Source: Octopus sinensis (taxonomy: Eukaryota). From it: a stretch of 64,000 bases of DNA. The stretch spans positions 64,046,001 to 64,110,000 of the forward strand of contig NC_043005.1 in the NCBI RefSeq assembly GCF_006345805.1, written 5' to 3'. The notes below the pieces were generated by a model. That model worked only from the letters and a program-made list of their open reading frames with translations, made no database searches and was not told where the DNA came from. The translations under genes were made by a program, and so were the position numbers. How positions within the stretch are numbered: the stretch's first letter is position 1; each line of letters opens with the position of its first letter. Below are positions 13,082 through 25,594 of the stretch, in pieces.

Positions 13082-14548
13082 TATATAGTTTCCCTGTATC
13101 CAAATTCTCTTATGGTGTATGTGCCTTTAGAAAATTATATTTGCCGATATCTCACATTAAGATCGAACCCGGTTACCTCTTCTTCGCGAAGTGGACTTAT
13201 TAACCAAAACTCTCCATTACATCTATCTATGTAGCTATTATAATTGAAACCAATGAAAGAATAAATTCTTTGAAGTTCTATGTTTTATTGATTCCAGTCG
13301 GTGGAAGAAAGGGTATTTGGTGTTTTTAAGCTTTGTAAAGACATTACTGGTGTAAATGTTATGGGAAAAATAACATCTCTAAGTGAAATAAAATTGTAGT
13401 TGTTACTGACCAAGCAGGCTTATGATCAAAGATTTAGCCATGATAATCCTATATGTTTATATGCCTAAATCGCCGTATCAGGCCTTCCCTTTTTTTAAGG
13501 TTGTATGCAGTGATTGGACTCCTCGTTCTTGCAGGACAATAAATACATTCGAAGCTCCTCTGTATTCTCGTTGATGTTGTATTATCGGCTCTCTGAGAAA
13601 ATATTTTCTGCTACACATTGTTTTCCTTCTTAATTTCTTACTGTGAACAGTGGCAAACTGTAAACAAAGGAACGGCTATTGCTGCCAAGAATTCTGTTTT
13701 GTACTAATTTGTAATAGCGTTATTTTTTTTCTTTTGATACCATGGAAAGTAATGAACAGAACAAAACTGTCAGTTTAGAGAGAGGTTGATGATTTAAGTT
13801 GACGTTTTATTGTGATGGTTTCTGTCATTATTTTCGAACGCATCACTGTTGAATTTAATTTGTGGTCTACTAAATGAAATAGATTCCTCTCGTTCATTCG
13901 AAAGACAAGTGCTTGTAATCATATTTTTCAATGAGAAGTTATATTTAACTGGAGAAATGGTAGAATTCAACTTCAAATCTATTTTAATTAATTTTTCCTT
14001 GAAATAAAAACAAAAAAAAACAATATTCACTTAATGATGACTTAGCGGAAATAGACATATGAAAGACGAAAACAAAACAGCCAGTTTATTTGGTCGATTA
14101 AATACCTTTGAGAGAGAGCCAATAAACGTATTATTAATTACAGATAAAGAATTTCAGAAAATATAAAAGAAATCATTAATCATAAAATTGCATATTTTTT
14201 AAAGTAGAGAAGTAGTTAAAAAAATGTGGGTGCTTCAGGGGGTACTAAGTGATGTCTCACTGAATGTAGTGCAAATTGTTTAGAATATATAGCGTTATTT
14301 TTTTATGTCTATCAATTATGTCTCATTGGTTTCCAATTTGTCTTACGTTTCTCCAATTTCAAACTTAATAATTAGGTAACAACAATTTAGCCCTTTTATT
14401 TGATCATAACTTTCCGAGACAAATTTGAGTTCCTATATATAAGAATATATAATTAATTGATAATTTTCCAGACTCAACTTCTTTGCTAAGTTGAGATGTT
14501 TCATTGAAAGCTCCAAACGTTTATCCTACCTTTCAGGAGCTGGTATTT

Positions 14549-14935
14549 ATCTTTTATTTTTTACTTGTTCAGTCATGTGGCCATGTTGGGGCATTGCATT
14601 GAAGGGCTTCATCGAAAAAAACTCGACCCTACTACTTATGCATTTTAAGTTCGGTTCATACTCTAAAGGCCTGTTTTACCGAACTGCACGGTCATGGGGA
14701 CGTAATCACACCAACACCGCTTGTCAACATGGTGGCAAGGGACAAACACAAAGACACACACATATATATATACAAAGGGCTTCTTTCAGTTTCCGCAAAC
14801 TAAATCCACTCAGAAGTCTTGCGTCGGCTCGAGGCTATAGATGAAGGCATTTGGCCAAGATGCTCGACTGTGGATCTAAACCCGAAAGTATGTGATCGAA
14901 AAGCAAACTCTTTACCACGCACCCAACCCTGCGCC
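14549..14935 (-). mobile_element. SINE family A, degenerate
   Basis: Reverse-complement similarity to 16881-17300 along its whole length. Confidence 0.8.
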
Positions 14936-14975
14936 TATATATACATATATATTTACATATATATATATATATATC

Positions 14976-15011
<36 letters not shown>

Positions 15012-15027
15012 ATAGATATATATATAT

Positions 15028-15085
<58 letters not shown>

Positions 15086-15248
15086 TATATAAGTTCAGTA
15101 AAATTTAGATTCAGATGAATATGGTACTTAAGTTAAAGGCACCAGAATTTAGTATGGTATTATGTAATGTTTGCATTGTTTGATTAAATGGAGTCGCATG
15201 AAACGATCGTACTGCATTACCTCTGGATATCCTTGTTGCTTATTTTGA

Positions 15249-15281
<33 letters not shown>

Positions 15282-15411
15282 TCTACACACACGTGTGTGT
15301 GTGTTTTTGCATGAGTGTGTGCATAAAGGGAACACAGAGAACGTAGTCGAATTTAATGATTTATACAATGTACATGTGTTTCTTCAGACCACCTGACATA
15401 TATTAGATAAT

Positions 15412-16222
15412 TGTCTATATAATAGTATAAGTCTGTGATTGCTTGCCTGTGTGCTTGCTGCTTGCGTGCTTGTCTGTAATTTAAGTTAACCAAATCTGCA
15501 CATAATGGGAAAATACTCTGAAAGTAAGGTACTCTTGAAATGTGAATACAAGGAGAATAAAACAAGTTTCGCGTAAATCGAACCACAGATTCTCGAGATT
15601 CGCGGTTTTGGTGGGTTTACTTCCACAAATTTGAGCAATGAAACCTGGAGTTATTCCTCTTTACTGTGAACACCTGGACAGTTTTGTTTGTGCACTTGCT
15701 TCCTTGCGTGCTTGTCTGTAATTTAATGCTGCCAAACCGGCGCATATGGTAAAAATACTCTGAAAGTAAGGTGCCCCTAAAATGGGAATACAAACGGAAT
15801 AAGACAACTTTCACGTAAATCGGACCACGGGTTCTCGGGATACGCGGCTTTTCGGGTACTCTTATCATTGCCCGCTTGTGTGCTTGTCTGTAATTTAATA
15901 CAGCCGAACCGGCGCATAATGGGAAAATACTTTGAAAGTAAGGTACCATTGAAATGTTGATAAAAAACGGAATAAAACAAGTTTCGCGTAAATCGAACCA
16001 CGGGTCCCCAAGATACTCGGTTTTTTCGGGTACCTTTATAAATAGCCAAACCGGTGCATAATGGGAAAAAATCTTTGAGAATAAGGTACCATTGAAATGT
16101 GAACAAAAACGGAATAAAACAAGTTTTGCGTGGATCGGACCACAGGTTCCTGAGATACGCATTTTTTCGGGTACCTTGAACTAATGGTTACCCAATGGGT
16201 CACGGGTAGTCTGGTATTATAT
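15412..16222 (-). mobile_element. Non-autonomous Helitron/Helentron-like element with about 4 internal tandem repeat units
   Basis: Units near 15470, 15710, 15882 and 16040 share GCATAATGGGAAAATACT..GAAAGTAAGGTAC..AACAAGTTTCGCGTAAATCG.ACCACGGG. On the minus strand the 5' end is ATACCAGACTACCCG..GGGTA (small hairpin) and the 3' end is ACAGAC...TATTATATAGA, as in Lep1/DINE-like elements. Repeats are certain; the class is inferred. Confidence 0.6.
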
Positions 16223-16314
16223 AAAACCCAGCTGTGTGAACACGTGCCACTGGTCTCGTTCATCGGCATTAGTGGGCAACGATATACATAATACCTGTGT
16301 CTATTGCTAATTCA

Positions 16315-16655
16315 TGGAGGCGCATGGCTCAGTGGTTAGAGCGTCGAGCTTACGATCGTGAGGTTGTGAGTTCGAATCCCGGACCGGGCTGCGTGTTGTG
16401 TTCTTGAGCAAAGCACTTTATTTCACGTTGCTCCAGTTCACTCAGCTGTAGAAATGAGTTGCGACGTCACTGGTGCCAAGCTGTATCGACCTTTGTCTTT
16501 CCCTTGGATAACACTGGTGGCGTGGAGAGGGGAGGCCGGTATGCATGGGCGACTGCTGGTCCTCCATAAAAACAACCTTGCCCAGACTTGTGCCTCAGAG
16601 GGTAACTCTCTAGGTGCAAACCCATGGTCACACATGACCGAAGGGGGTCTTTACC
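16315..16655 (+). mobile_element. tRNA-derived SINE with CORE/V-like body and 14-bp TSD
   Basis: TGGCTCAGTGGTTAGAGC and GAGTTCGAATCCC boxes; TTGTGTTCTTGAGCAAAGCACTTTA body; TSD CTATTGCTAATTCA at 16301-16314 and 16656-16669. Confidence 0.92.
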
Positions 16656-16880
16656 CTATTGCTAATTCAATACTTTTATGACTCCATGATTTATAATTTT
16701 ATGTCTATTTTCACATGGAACTGGGTTTTCGATTTCATGATTCTTTACTTCAAATCTGCTGTAGCAGCTTAGTTGCTTCTGTTCAACTATGACAACTCTA
16801 CTCAATTAAACAATAGAAAAAAATATAGAATAAGAATAAAAATACGAAATAAAACGGACGAAATCAAAACAATAATAATA

Positions 16881-17042
16881 GGCGCAGGAGTGGCTGTGTG
16901 GTAAGTAGCATGCTAACCAACCACATGGTTCCGGGTTCAGTCCCACTGCGTGGCATCTTCGGCAAGTGTCTTCTGTTATAGCCCCGGGCCGACCAAAGCC
17001 TTGTGAGTGGATTTGGTAAACGGAAACTGAAAGAAGTCTGTC

Positions 17043-17101
<59 letters not shown>

Positions 17102-17300
17102 TATATATATATATATGTATGTGTGTGTTTGTGTCTGTGTTTGTTCCCCTAGCATTGCTGGTGTGTTTACGTCCCCGTCACTTAGCGGTTCGACAAAAGA
17201 GACCGATAGAATAAGTACTGGGGTCGATTTGCTCGACTAAAGGCGGTGCTCCAGCATGGCCGCAGTCAAATGACTGAAACAAGTAAAAGAGTAAAAAGAG
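16881..17300 (+). mobile_element. tRNA-derived SINE family A with internal (TA)n/(TG)n tract
   Basis: Head GGCGCAGGAGTGGCTGTGTGGTAAG (A box), GGTTCAGTCCC (B box-like), internal microsatellite, tail GACTGAAACAAGTAAAAGAGTAAAAAGAG. Multiple copies in the window. Confidence 0.9.
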
Positions 17301-17487
17301 CAAGTATAATACTGAATATAAGAAAAGAATAGAAAGTGAAGTGTGTGTGTGTGTGTGTGTGTGTGTAAAGATGAAAGTAGAGCAAAACTTGAGTTCTGAG
17401 ATAAGTATCAAGTTTCAGTAAAATATACATACTTGCATACGTACATACATACATACGTACATAACCATATCTCTGTGTGTATATATA

Positions 17488-17523
<36 letters not shown>

Positions 17524-17984
17524 TTTTATATGTATATCATCATTTTTATGCAACATATACATTATACCTAAATACATTTAACTCCAAATTCCTTAGGAAT
17601 ATTAGAAAGTGAATTATTTCTAAAAGTTATTAAAGTGTTATCGAAAAATATTATCTATCATAGTAAATGTGATATCAGATCTCTGCATATTCATTACAAA
17701 GATATTCCCTTAACACACATTTAATATTCTGTAGTAAGTGTACAGTCATTTTGAAAAACTCAATATCATTAATAGATATGTTACATAGGGGAATAGTGAA
17801 TAATTTATCACTTTTACTTAGAGATATAACACGATATCTTAAAAAGTGAATAGGATTGAAGTGTAGATCATTTAATTGTGTGGATGTATAACTATGCATG
17901 CAAGCATATATATATATACTCGCCATGATTGACCGCTAACTCCAAAAGATTTCTTACTCTCTCTCTGTTTATTTCCTCGTGTTC

Positions 17985-18020
17985 CTTTCTGTTGAAGAGC
18001 TTAGGCTCAAAACGTAAAAG
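17985..18020 (+). ncRNA. Hammerhead-like motif with variant core (repeat about 17925-18118)
   Basis: CUUU-CUGUUGA-A-GAGC(UUAG)GCUC-AAAAC-GUA-AAAG; G of GAAA lost. Confidence 0.5.
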
Positions 18021-18156
18021 ACATTCTCACCTTCCCGAGTGAGTGTGAAACTATTACACCTGCTTGCTACTTATACACTTGTCTTCATCCTTTGTTTTTC
18101 TGTAAATTTCAACTATATATATACATAATCAAAATAAGCAACAAGGATATCCAGAG

Positions 18157-18251
18157 GTAATGCAGTACGATCGTTTCATGCGACTCCATTTAATTGAACA
18201 ATGCAAGTATTCCATTAGTTTTAAAATGTAGAGCAATCTTCAGCTGCATAC
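18157..18251 (-). ncRNA. Type I hammerhead ribozyme motif with extended stem II
   Basis: Minus strand: GUAUGCAG-CUGAAGA-UUGC...(about 50 nt)...GCAU-GAAAC-GAUC-GUA-CUGCAUUAC; stem I AUGCAG/CUGCAU; palindromic ACGAUCGU stem III. Confidence 0.72.
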
Positions 18252-18585
18252 AAATATAGAATTTAGTTAAATTTAAAACATTCATTTTTATAGTTATTCC
18301 ATTAACCAGAGAAACAAGTTTCATCAACAAAAACATGCTTGCACGCATAGCTATGCATCCATACAATTAGATAATTAAATGATTTAAACTTCAAACCTAT
18401 TCACTTCACACACACACACATATACATATATATACACACACACATTTATATATATACTATATATATAATATATATTTTTACGTGTTTGTATTTATGTAAA
18501 TAAATAATTGTGTGTGTATACGTATATATATATATCTATATACATACATATAAATGTATTTGTGTATATATGTATATACATATGC

Positions 18586-18634
<49 letters not shown>

Positions 18635-19509
18635 TGTGTGTACATATATATGCATATATGTATGTATGCATTATAAAAGGTATAACAAAGAAGAAATCAA
18701 TCAATTTACTACAGTTGTCAAGCGCTCAAACCAAGTGTCAATCAATACATTTTTAGGTTTGCTGATTACTATGAACGTATGAAAACGTTAATTGAACTTT
18801 ATGAACTTTACAAAATATTTTTTAATGCTTAATACACTTCAACATTAATCTTTCTTAATACACTGATACAAAACGTTAAAATAGGACCGTGTAACTTTAT
18901 TCACCTCATATATATATATATATATATATATCGCATTTTACAGATATTGAGATATACACCGGAACGTTAGTTGATGTTCTATTTTGTATCTTAATTCATT
19001 GATCAATTAATTGTTCTCATCAGAGAATTGCGACTTTTACAATTTATATATGATCTTCCAATATTTTAAGCGATTGAAGGCGCAACATGACGATGCACAA
19101 GGAAAACCATTAGCACAAACAAACTGACAGACAGAGAAAATTGCTGTCCATGCCAACTAAAACAGAAAGAGACAAGCATAACTATATATATTTTACAAAC
19201 GCATTATCATAAGAAAATGCAAAGACACACAATATAAGTCAAAACTTTACAGACGCATGCTTCTACAAACGAATCACCAACTTTATGCAAACATGTATCA
19301 TCACCACCATCCCTCTTATTTGTGAAAATTCAAAGCCTCTTACACAGAGGAAAATACGAAGCTGCATGTTCAAGCATACTTTGAAATAGAAAAATCAGGC
19401 AAAACAGAATTTTTCGGATGCATTGTTATATACAAGTAGCATAGGAGCTTTCACGAGCGCACTCGAAGACATTTTCCGCAAACAAATTACAAGGATATAT
19501 ATATATATA

Positions 19510-19806
19510 TCACCGTGACCGACCAGGCTATCAGATGTTGCTACACATCGCTGGTCACAATGCGCTTCGCATTGTTTTAGCCTTCAAATGACGCCACCCC
19601 GCTGGCTAAGCGAGCAGGCCAACAGAAGAAAGAGTGAGAGAAAGTTGTGGCGAAAGAGTACAGCAGGGATCGCAACCACCCCTGCCGGAGCCCCGTGGAG
19701 CTTTAGGTGTTTTTGCTCATAAACACTCACAACGCCCGGTATGGGAATCGAAACCGCGATCCTACGACCGCGAGTCCGCTGCCCTAACCACTGGGCCATT
19801 GCGCCT

Positions 19807-19808
<2 letters not shown>
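19510..19808 (-). mobile_element. tRNA(Arg)-like SINE family B (resembles octopus OR-type)
   Basis: Minus strand GGAGGCGCAATGGCCCAGTGGTTAGGGCAGCGGACTCGCGG...GGTTTCGATTCCC (A and B boxes); body shared with 59478 and 61040. Confidence 0.88.
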
Positions 19809-19843
<35 letters not shown>

Positions 19844-19866
19844 TACACTCACACACATATATATAT

Positions 19867-19898
<32 letters not shown>

Positions 19899-19905
19899 AT
19901 TAAAC

Positions 19906-20139
19906 ACATAAGAGAAGACCATAATAGGACCGCTGACTCACCAGAAAGAGCAGTTAAATCTCCAAGCCACTAATAGTTTCAATTCTGAAAGGGAATGAAA
20001 AGTAAAAACATTTACCCTATCACAATAAGGGTAAATGTTTTTACTTTTCATTCCCTTTCAGAATTGCACTATTAGTGGCTTGGAGATTTAACTGCTCTTT
20101 CTGGTGAGTCAGATGTCTTATTGTGGTCATCTCTTATGT
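19906..20139. repeat. Near-perfect inverted repeat (fold-back), about 110-bp arms, 9-nt loop
   Basis: 19933-20018 is the reverse complement of 20028-20112 except for one small mismatch/indel; outer arms are more diverged. Confidence 0.95.
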
Positions 20140-20298
20140 ATTCATATGTACAATGTATTTTTCTATTAATAATATATAGTCTATTGACTAATTTTTTCCT
20201 TATTGCTAGACCACTGGTAGCAAATAATTTTTCTATAAATTTTTTTGCTACTCTAATATTTATAATTAAATGATAATATTATATATATATATTATATA

Positions 20299-20328
<30 letters not shown>

Positions 20329-20329
<1 letters not shown>

Positions 20330-20535
20330 GGCCGTAGTTAGGCCGCTGCACTCCCGGTCGCTATATCGTGTGTTCGATTCCCAAACCGAGCGGTGTGTTG
20401 TGTTTTTGAGCAAAACACTTCATTTCACATTGCTCCAGCCTCCCTTTCGGGAGGAATGTTGGCCTGTGCGCCTAACCAGCGCAGTAGCGTCATCCGACGG
20501 TTAAAACAATACAAAGCGCATTGTGACCAGCGACA
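20329..20535 (+). mobile_element. Degenerate chimeric SINE
   Basis: tRNA-like head, body like 16315, tail like 19510 (AAAACAAT..AAGCGCATTGTGACCAGCGA). Confidence 0.75.
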
Positions 20536-20875
20536 TTCTTCGTACACGAGTGTCTAGTTGTCATATGAACTTCGTATGCTACTCATTGAACTGCGTATGA
20601 AAATGGGGGTTATCCCACATTCTCTGGTACACTTAACACAATCCTTTAGCATAACAGGTACGATAGAGTGACACATGGCTGGATCTTTGGATTATACAAG
20701 TGTCATAAATTCCACGATATTCTATCCGGTCTCAGTCTTACCATATTCACTCAAACGCTTTGTTAACCCGACGCTATGATAAAGATTTGATGTTATCTAA
20801 TCCAGCATGTTGGGTTTTTAAAGCACAAGTCTTATCATCTCAACCATGCTTTCGTCTTTATATATGTGTGTGTGT

Positions 20876-20906
<31 letters not shown>

Positions 20907-20913
20907 AAGAGGG

Positions 20914-20989
<76 letters not shown>

Positions 20990-22049
20990 TTTCCTCTTCC
21001 TCAATATTTGAAACTCGGCCTGCATTTATCGACAGTATTGAATCGTTTTGTTAAACCAAATGCTTTTTTAAGTTACATCTCTTTACAGATTTACAAATAC
21101 GAGTGGAAATGTGGAAATCTAATCATAAATACGATTAGCGTTTAAATAAGAAGGTACAACCGGAAATTGAACTTGCAGCGTAAACTCAACTTACAACCAC
21201 TCTTTACTACTATCTATATGATATGATAATGAAGCAAAAACAGTTGTCCCAAAATATAAACCTTGCCAGATCAGCTGCTGCATGAATAACTTTTCATACA
21301 TATTGAATTTTCACAGTGAATGCCGTTGCGGTTCACCTTACTGAGAAAACATTTATAGCGCTTCAATGACCAGCAACAGGAAACGATGCATCAGTGTTAA
21401 TATGGTGGTAACTATGTAGATTTCGAAATATTTGTCAGTGCTTAGCTGCAATAAATAGATGAAGAAATAGCAAACACCAATAGAGAAAAATATAAAAGAA
21501 AAGCAAAACAAGAAATATTCATTTTGAATTAAGCAAACAAGTGGAAAAATAACTGGATATAAATCAATGATATTGTTCAGTTACGACAGAATTTTAATGT
21601 GAATTCCTATAACGTTTGTACGTGTGGGTTATTGCAGCCAAGAGAAGAGAGTTCACATCGCGACCCTGTTTTCAGTAATCGTTTAGCAGCAACTCATTGG
21701 ACTCCATGTGAAGAAATTTTTAGGTCTCTGCCTTTTAGTTTTTCTTTTAATTTCTTAAATTTATTTTAGCTCTATTTGCTATTCGTTCATGCATCTATTT
21801 ACTCGACACTAAAATACTGAAGTCCTGTTCAGTTACAAGATCGATTTCGGTTGTCTGCGGTGACATAAATTAAATTCAGAATGTAGAGAAGTAATTTCAA
21901 ATATCATTAAAGTTTAGTTTCAATAATCTAACACTGACCCTCTGTTACCGTCCTGAATACAACACAACAAACCCTTTGAAATCCGCTATGCTTTTCAATT
22001 TCCCAGGTTAAGTAATGACGTAATAGATTTAATCGATTCCTAAATTCAA

Positions 22050-22715
22050 CGTCTATGTTAAAAATCAATTTCTGAGAGAGGTTCGAGCTAGGTAGACTGG
22101 ATTCTTGGAAATTTCACTACTTATTTATGCTGTTGCTTTCGATTTTGCTGTTCATAGAAGTCTATTTTAAACTGTTGAATTCAAAAAGTGCGTGAAGACG
22201 AGTGCTTTAAAGAAGAGTGTCATTATGGAAGCAAAAGTACGCAAAAGCTTAAATAATAATCCCACAGCAGGGAGGTATGGCCAAAATGTCAATAAAATGA
22301 ACCAGGAAGTATAATGTTTATGTCCAGCATTAGTCGAAAAGGACTACTTGTCTATGGCGACACATAACAACTGTCCCAAATGATTTTACAGAAATTTAAT
22401 GAAATGATCTACACCCTCTACCTCATTCACCTTACTCTCCATGCCTCTTTCCCACTATCATGTTTTCAAACATATCGAAAACTTCCTGTAAATGAAAATT
22501 GTCAACCATGAGGCAGCTCAAAACACCTTCAAAGAATTTATTGGATCCAGGACTCCAGAATTCTAAATTAGTAGGACAAATAAACTGCTTTCTTCTTGGC
22601 AAAAGTGCATAGAGACTAATGGTTATTATTTCAGTTAATAAAATCTATTCTGAGCTAAGATATATTGCCTTAAACTTGACTGTTAAAAATCTACAATTTT
22701 TGTCGCACCAACCTG
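22050..22715 (+). mobile_element. Highly decayed mariner (cecropia/Hsmar1-like) 3' part
   Basis: PHSPYSP...YHVFKHIENFL and WQKCIETNGYYF remnants; right end AAAAATCTACAATTTTTGTCGCACCAACCTGA-TA resembles the Hsmar1-type TIR. Start is approximate. Confidence 0.75.
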
Positions 22716-24086
22716 ATAAAATGCCATCGCTAAATACTGACTTCATTTACTCAAGCGTTTCTATCAGACTTAATATTCTGAAATAGTGAAAACAATCGAT
22801 GGTGCTGCTTGCATTAATATGTTATTAAGCAAGTGAATCATAGACATGTTTTTGTTTCTTTTTCATTAGACGCGACTCTATTTGTTATAAACTGTTGACT
22901 AATTCGGAAACTAGGAATGTAACTGAACCTTGACCACTAAACTAGACACTTCTGTTTATAATTTTTTTTAAACTGTCTGCGAATTAAATTAACTGCCCCT
23001 CTTTACTTTGAATATAGATGAGGAAGACGAAAATCTAAGATTTTACATTAGTCACACATTTATGATGAACACACGTTATCTAATGCCTAGAGTGTGGAGC
23101 TCTCTGGTAGTGAATGCGTGAGATCTATTCTTTAACCGAATGGTATGCTTTGTCCTCGAGCAAGGCATTTCATTTCGCTTTGCTCCACTATATTCAGCTG
23201 AAAATTGTGTACCAGTGGTAAGTGTGAGCTAATTCTATGACAAACTGGCGTCCATTCAGAGGAGAAATTTGTACTCTCAACCTAAACATCTTGAAACTCC
23301 GGATAAAAATCGATCAAATCTTGCTGCGGATATATTTAGATACAGCAAAATATTTGGTCCGGCATTCAGCGGCCTCTTTGCAAATCATTGTGGAAAACAA
23401 CTCGTTAAGGATTTCCTAGAACGCCGCAAGGACACATATAGAACACAGGACGTGATTGGTGTTTATTTTAACATTCCCGAAAAGAAGAAAGAACAAAACA
23501 ACGTTGGAAGAATTAGAACTGAGAATGGACATGATGTAGATACCGCTCTACTAAACATGCTCTCAATCATTCTAAATCCGAGTAATTGATCCTTACATAA
23601 GCACAAAACCTGACGTTTAGGAGTCTGATTAGCCAATTAAATCTATCCCAACGTATTTTATTTATCGACCTCGGAGGGATGAAATTCAAAATTGACTTCG
23701 ACGAGATTTGAAATAAGAGCACAAAATGTGGGAACAAATACAGCAATCATTTAATCGGACTCCCTAACCCTTCTGGTAATCAACCACCCTGAACCCTTTA
23801 TCATAATATTAATAAAGATTTCCATTTAGATTACTTAAATATAAATCAGCCTGTAAAAGCTCAAACAGTGTATATCTCTTCTAAAGTATGACATGGTTGA
23901 TTAATTAATTGTTTATTTGTTTTTGTAGCTCATTCACGTAAGAAGTCGTTAAGCTGTATTAGATTTAGGGTGGTCTGTCAAGTAACCTTTGGAGAGATAA
24001 TATCGAAGAATGCTTGAAGAGGCTACTAATTTTGCATACCAACATTTAACTAACGCACATGTATGCATGCGCATACACAGAGACAT

Positions 24087-24092
<6 letters not shown>

Positions 24093-24117
<25 letters not shown>

Positions 24118-24225
24118 TTGTGTGTGTGCGTGTGTGTGTGTGAGTGTGTGTGTTTGTGTGTGTGTGCGTGTGTGAGTGTGTGTTTGTGTGTGTGTATGTG
24201 TGTTTGTGTGTGTGTGTGTGTGTAT
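24093..24225. repeat. (TG)n microsatellite
   Basis: Direct reading. Confidence 0.98.
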
Positions 24226-25013
24226 GTTTACTCTTCGTAACTCCATAATTTTTATCCATTTATCTCATTCTTAATTTTGCTTTCTTTTATCTTTATTTAG
24301 TATATTTACTGAAATTATGTTTTTGAGCAACAGAGCAGAGTTGTTGGAAATTGAGTAGTTATAATGGAAAGTATTTCTATATATTTGGGCTATATTCTTT
24401 TGCTGTTGAGTACATAGGCTACTTTTCAAACTTAAATAGCTTCTAAACTGAAAGCTAGCATCTTTCAGAAACTAATATTGGCAGGTTCTCTACTTTGTAA
24501 ATATTACAAAATACTTATGGCATCTTTAGATAGAATACAGCTAGAATGCTCTCAAATAATGCTAATATTTTACGCCACCATAAAATTTATGTTAATAGCG
24601 ATCAAAGACATCAGTACCCAGACTGATGCTTAATACTGGATAGTATAACAAGAATGTGTCTCTAGAGTGTCACACAATACCATGAATATATTGTCCATGC
24701 AACATAAACTTTAACGTCAATATCTGCTCTTCAGCTATGGTTTTGTCAATTAATAAATATCACATAATAGCCCAAATGACTATCAGTATTTATTTCGACT
24801 CGACGTTCTGAGTTCAAATTCCGCTGAGGTCGAATTTGGCTTCAACTCTTCACAGGTCAGTAAACTAAAGTACTAGTAAAGCTCTATTATCAATGGAATC
24901 GACTTGAAATTGCCAGCTTTGTGCCGAAATTAAAAGCAATTTACAAAAAAAAAATGGAAACCAAATTTGAGTGTTGAAGCCACTTCTATTTTCCCCCAAA
25001 ATGTTTATAATGA

Positions 25014-25594
25014 CAATAATCCTTTCTGCTATTGGCACAAGGCCTGAAAATTGGAAGGAGGGGTGAGTCGATTATATCGACCCCAGTACTCAACTGGTAC
25101 TTAATTTATCGACCTCGAAAGGATGAAAAGTCGACCTCGGCGGAATTTGAACTCAGAACGTAACAGTAGATGAAATACCTATTTCTTTACTACCCACAAG
25201 AGGCTAAACACAGAGGGGACAAACAAGGACAGACGAACGGATTAAGTCGATTATATCGACCCCCAGTACTCAACTGGTACTTAATTTATCGACCCCGAAA
25301 GGATGAAAAGCAAAGTCGACCTCGGCGGAATTTGAACTCAGAACGTAACGGTAGATGAAATACCTATTTCTTTACTACCCACTAGGGGCTAAACACAGAA
25401 GGGACAAACAAGGACAGACACGGATTAAGTCGATTATATCGACCCCAGTGCGTAACTGGTACTTAATTCATCGACCCCGAAAGGATGAAAGGCCAAGTCG
25501 ACCTTGGCGGAATTTGAACTCACAACGTAATGGCAGACGAAATACGGCTACGCATTTCGCCCAGCGTGCTAACGTTTCTGCCAGCTCGCCGCCT
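25014..25594 (-). mobile_element. SINE family C trimer with 12-bp flanking direct repeat
   Basis: One head GGCGGCGAGCTGGCAGAAACGTTAGC followed by three body copies at about 185-bp period; TGTTTATAATGA at 25002-25013 and 25595-25606. Confidence 0.9.

Noticed and set aside
15617-16162. 181-aa ORF
   Set aside because: Translation of the tandem repeat units of a Helitron-like element; no recognisable domain.
16316-16390. tRNA-like sequence (also 19735-19808 and 33975-34045)
   Set aside because: A and B boxes are present but there is no proper acceptor stem; each continues into a SINE body, and two have TSDs.
23269-23589. Protein-looking 106-aa ORF
   Set aside because: Overlaps a decayed SINE tail and an inverted family C head; no domain or splice support.
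25067-25530. Regularly spaced repeats suggestive of a CRISPR array
   Set aside because: Intervening sequences are also repeated; this is a SINE multimer in a eukaryotic context with no cas genes.
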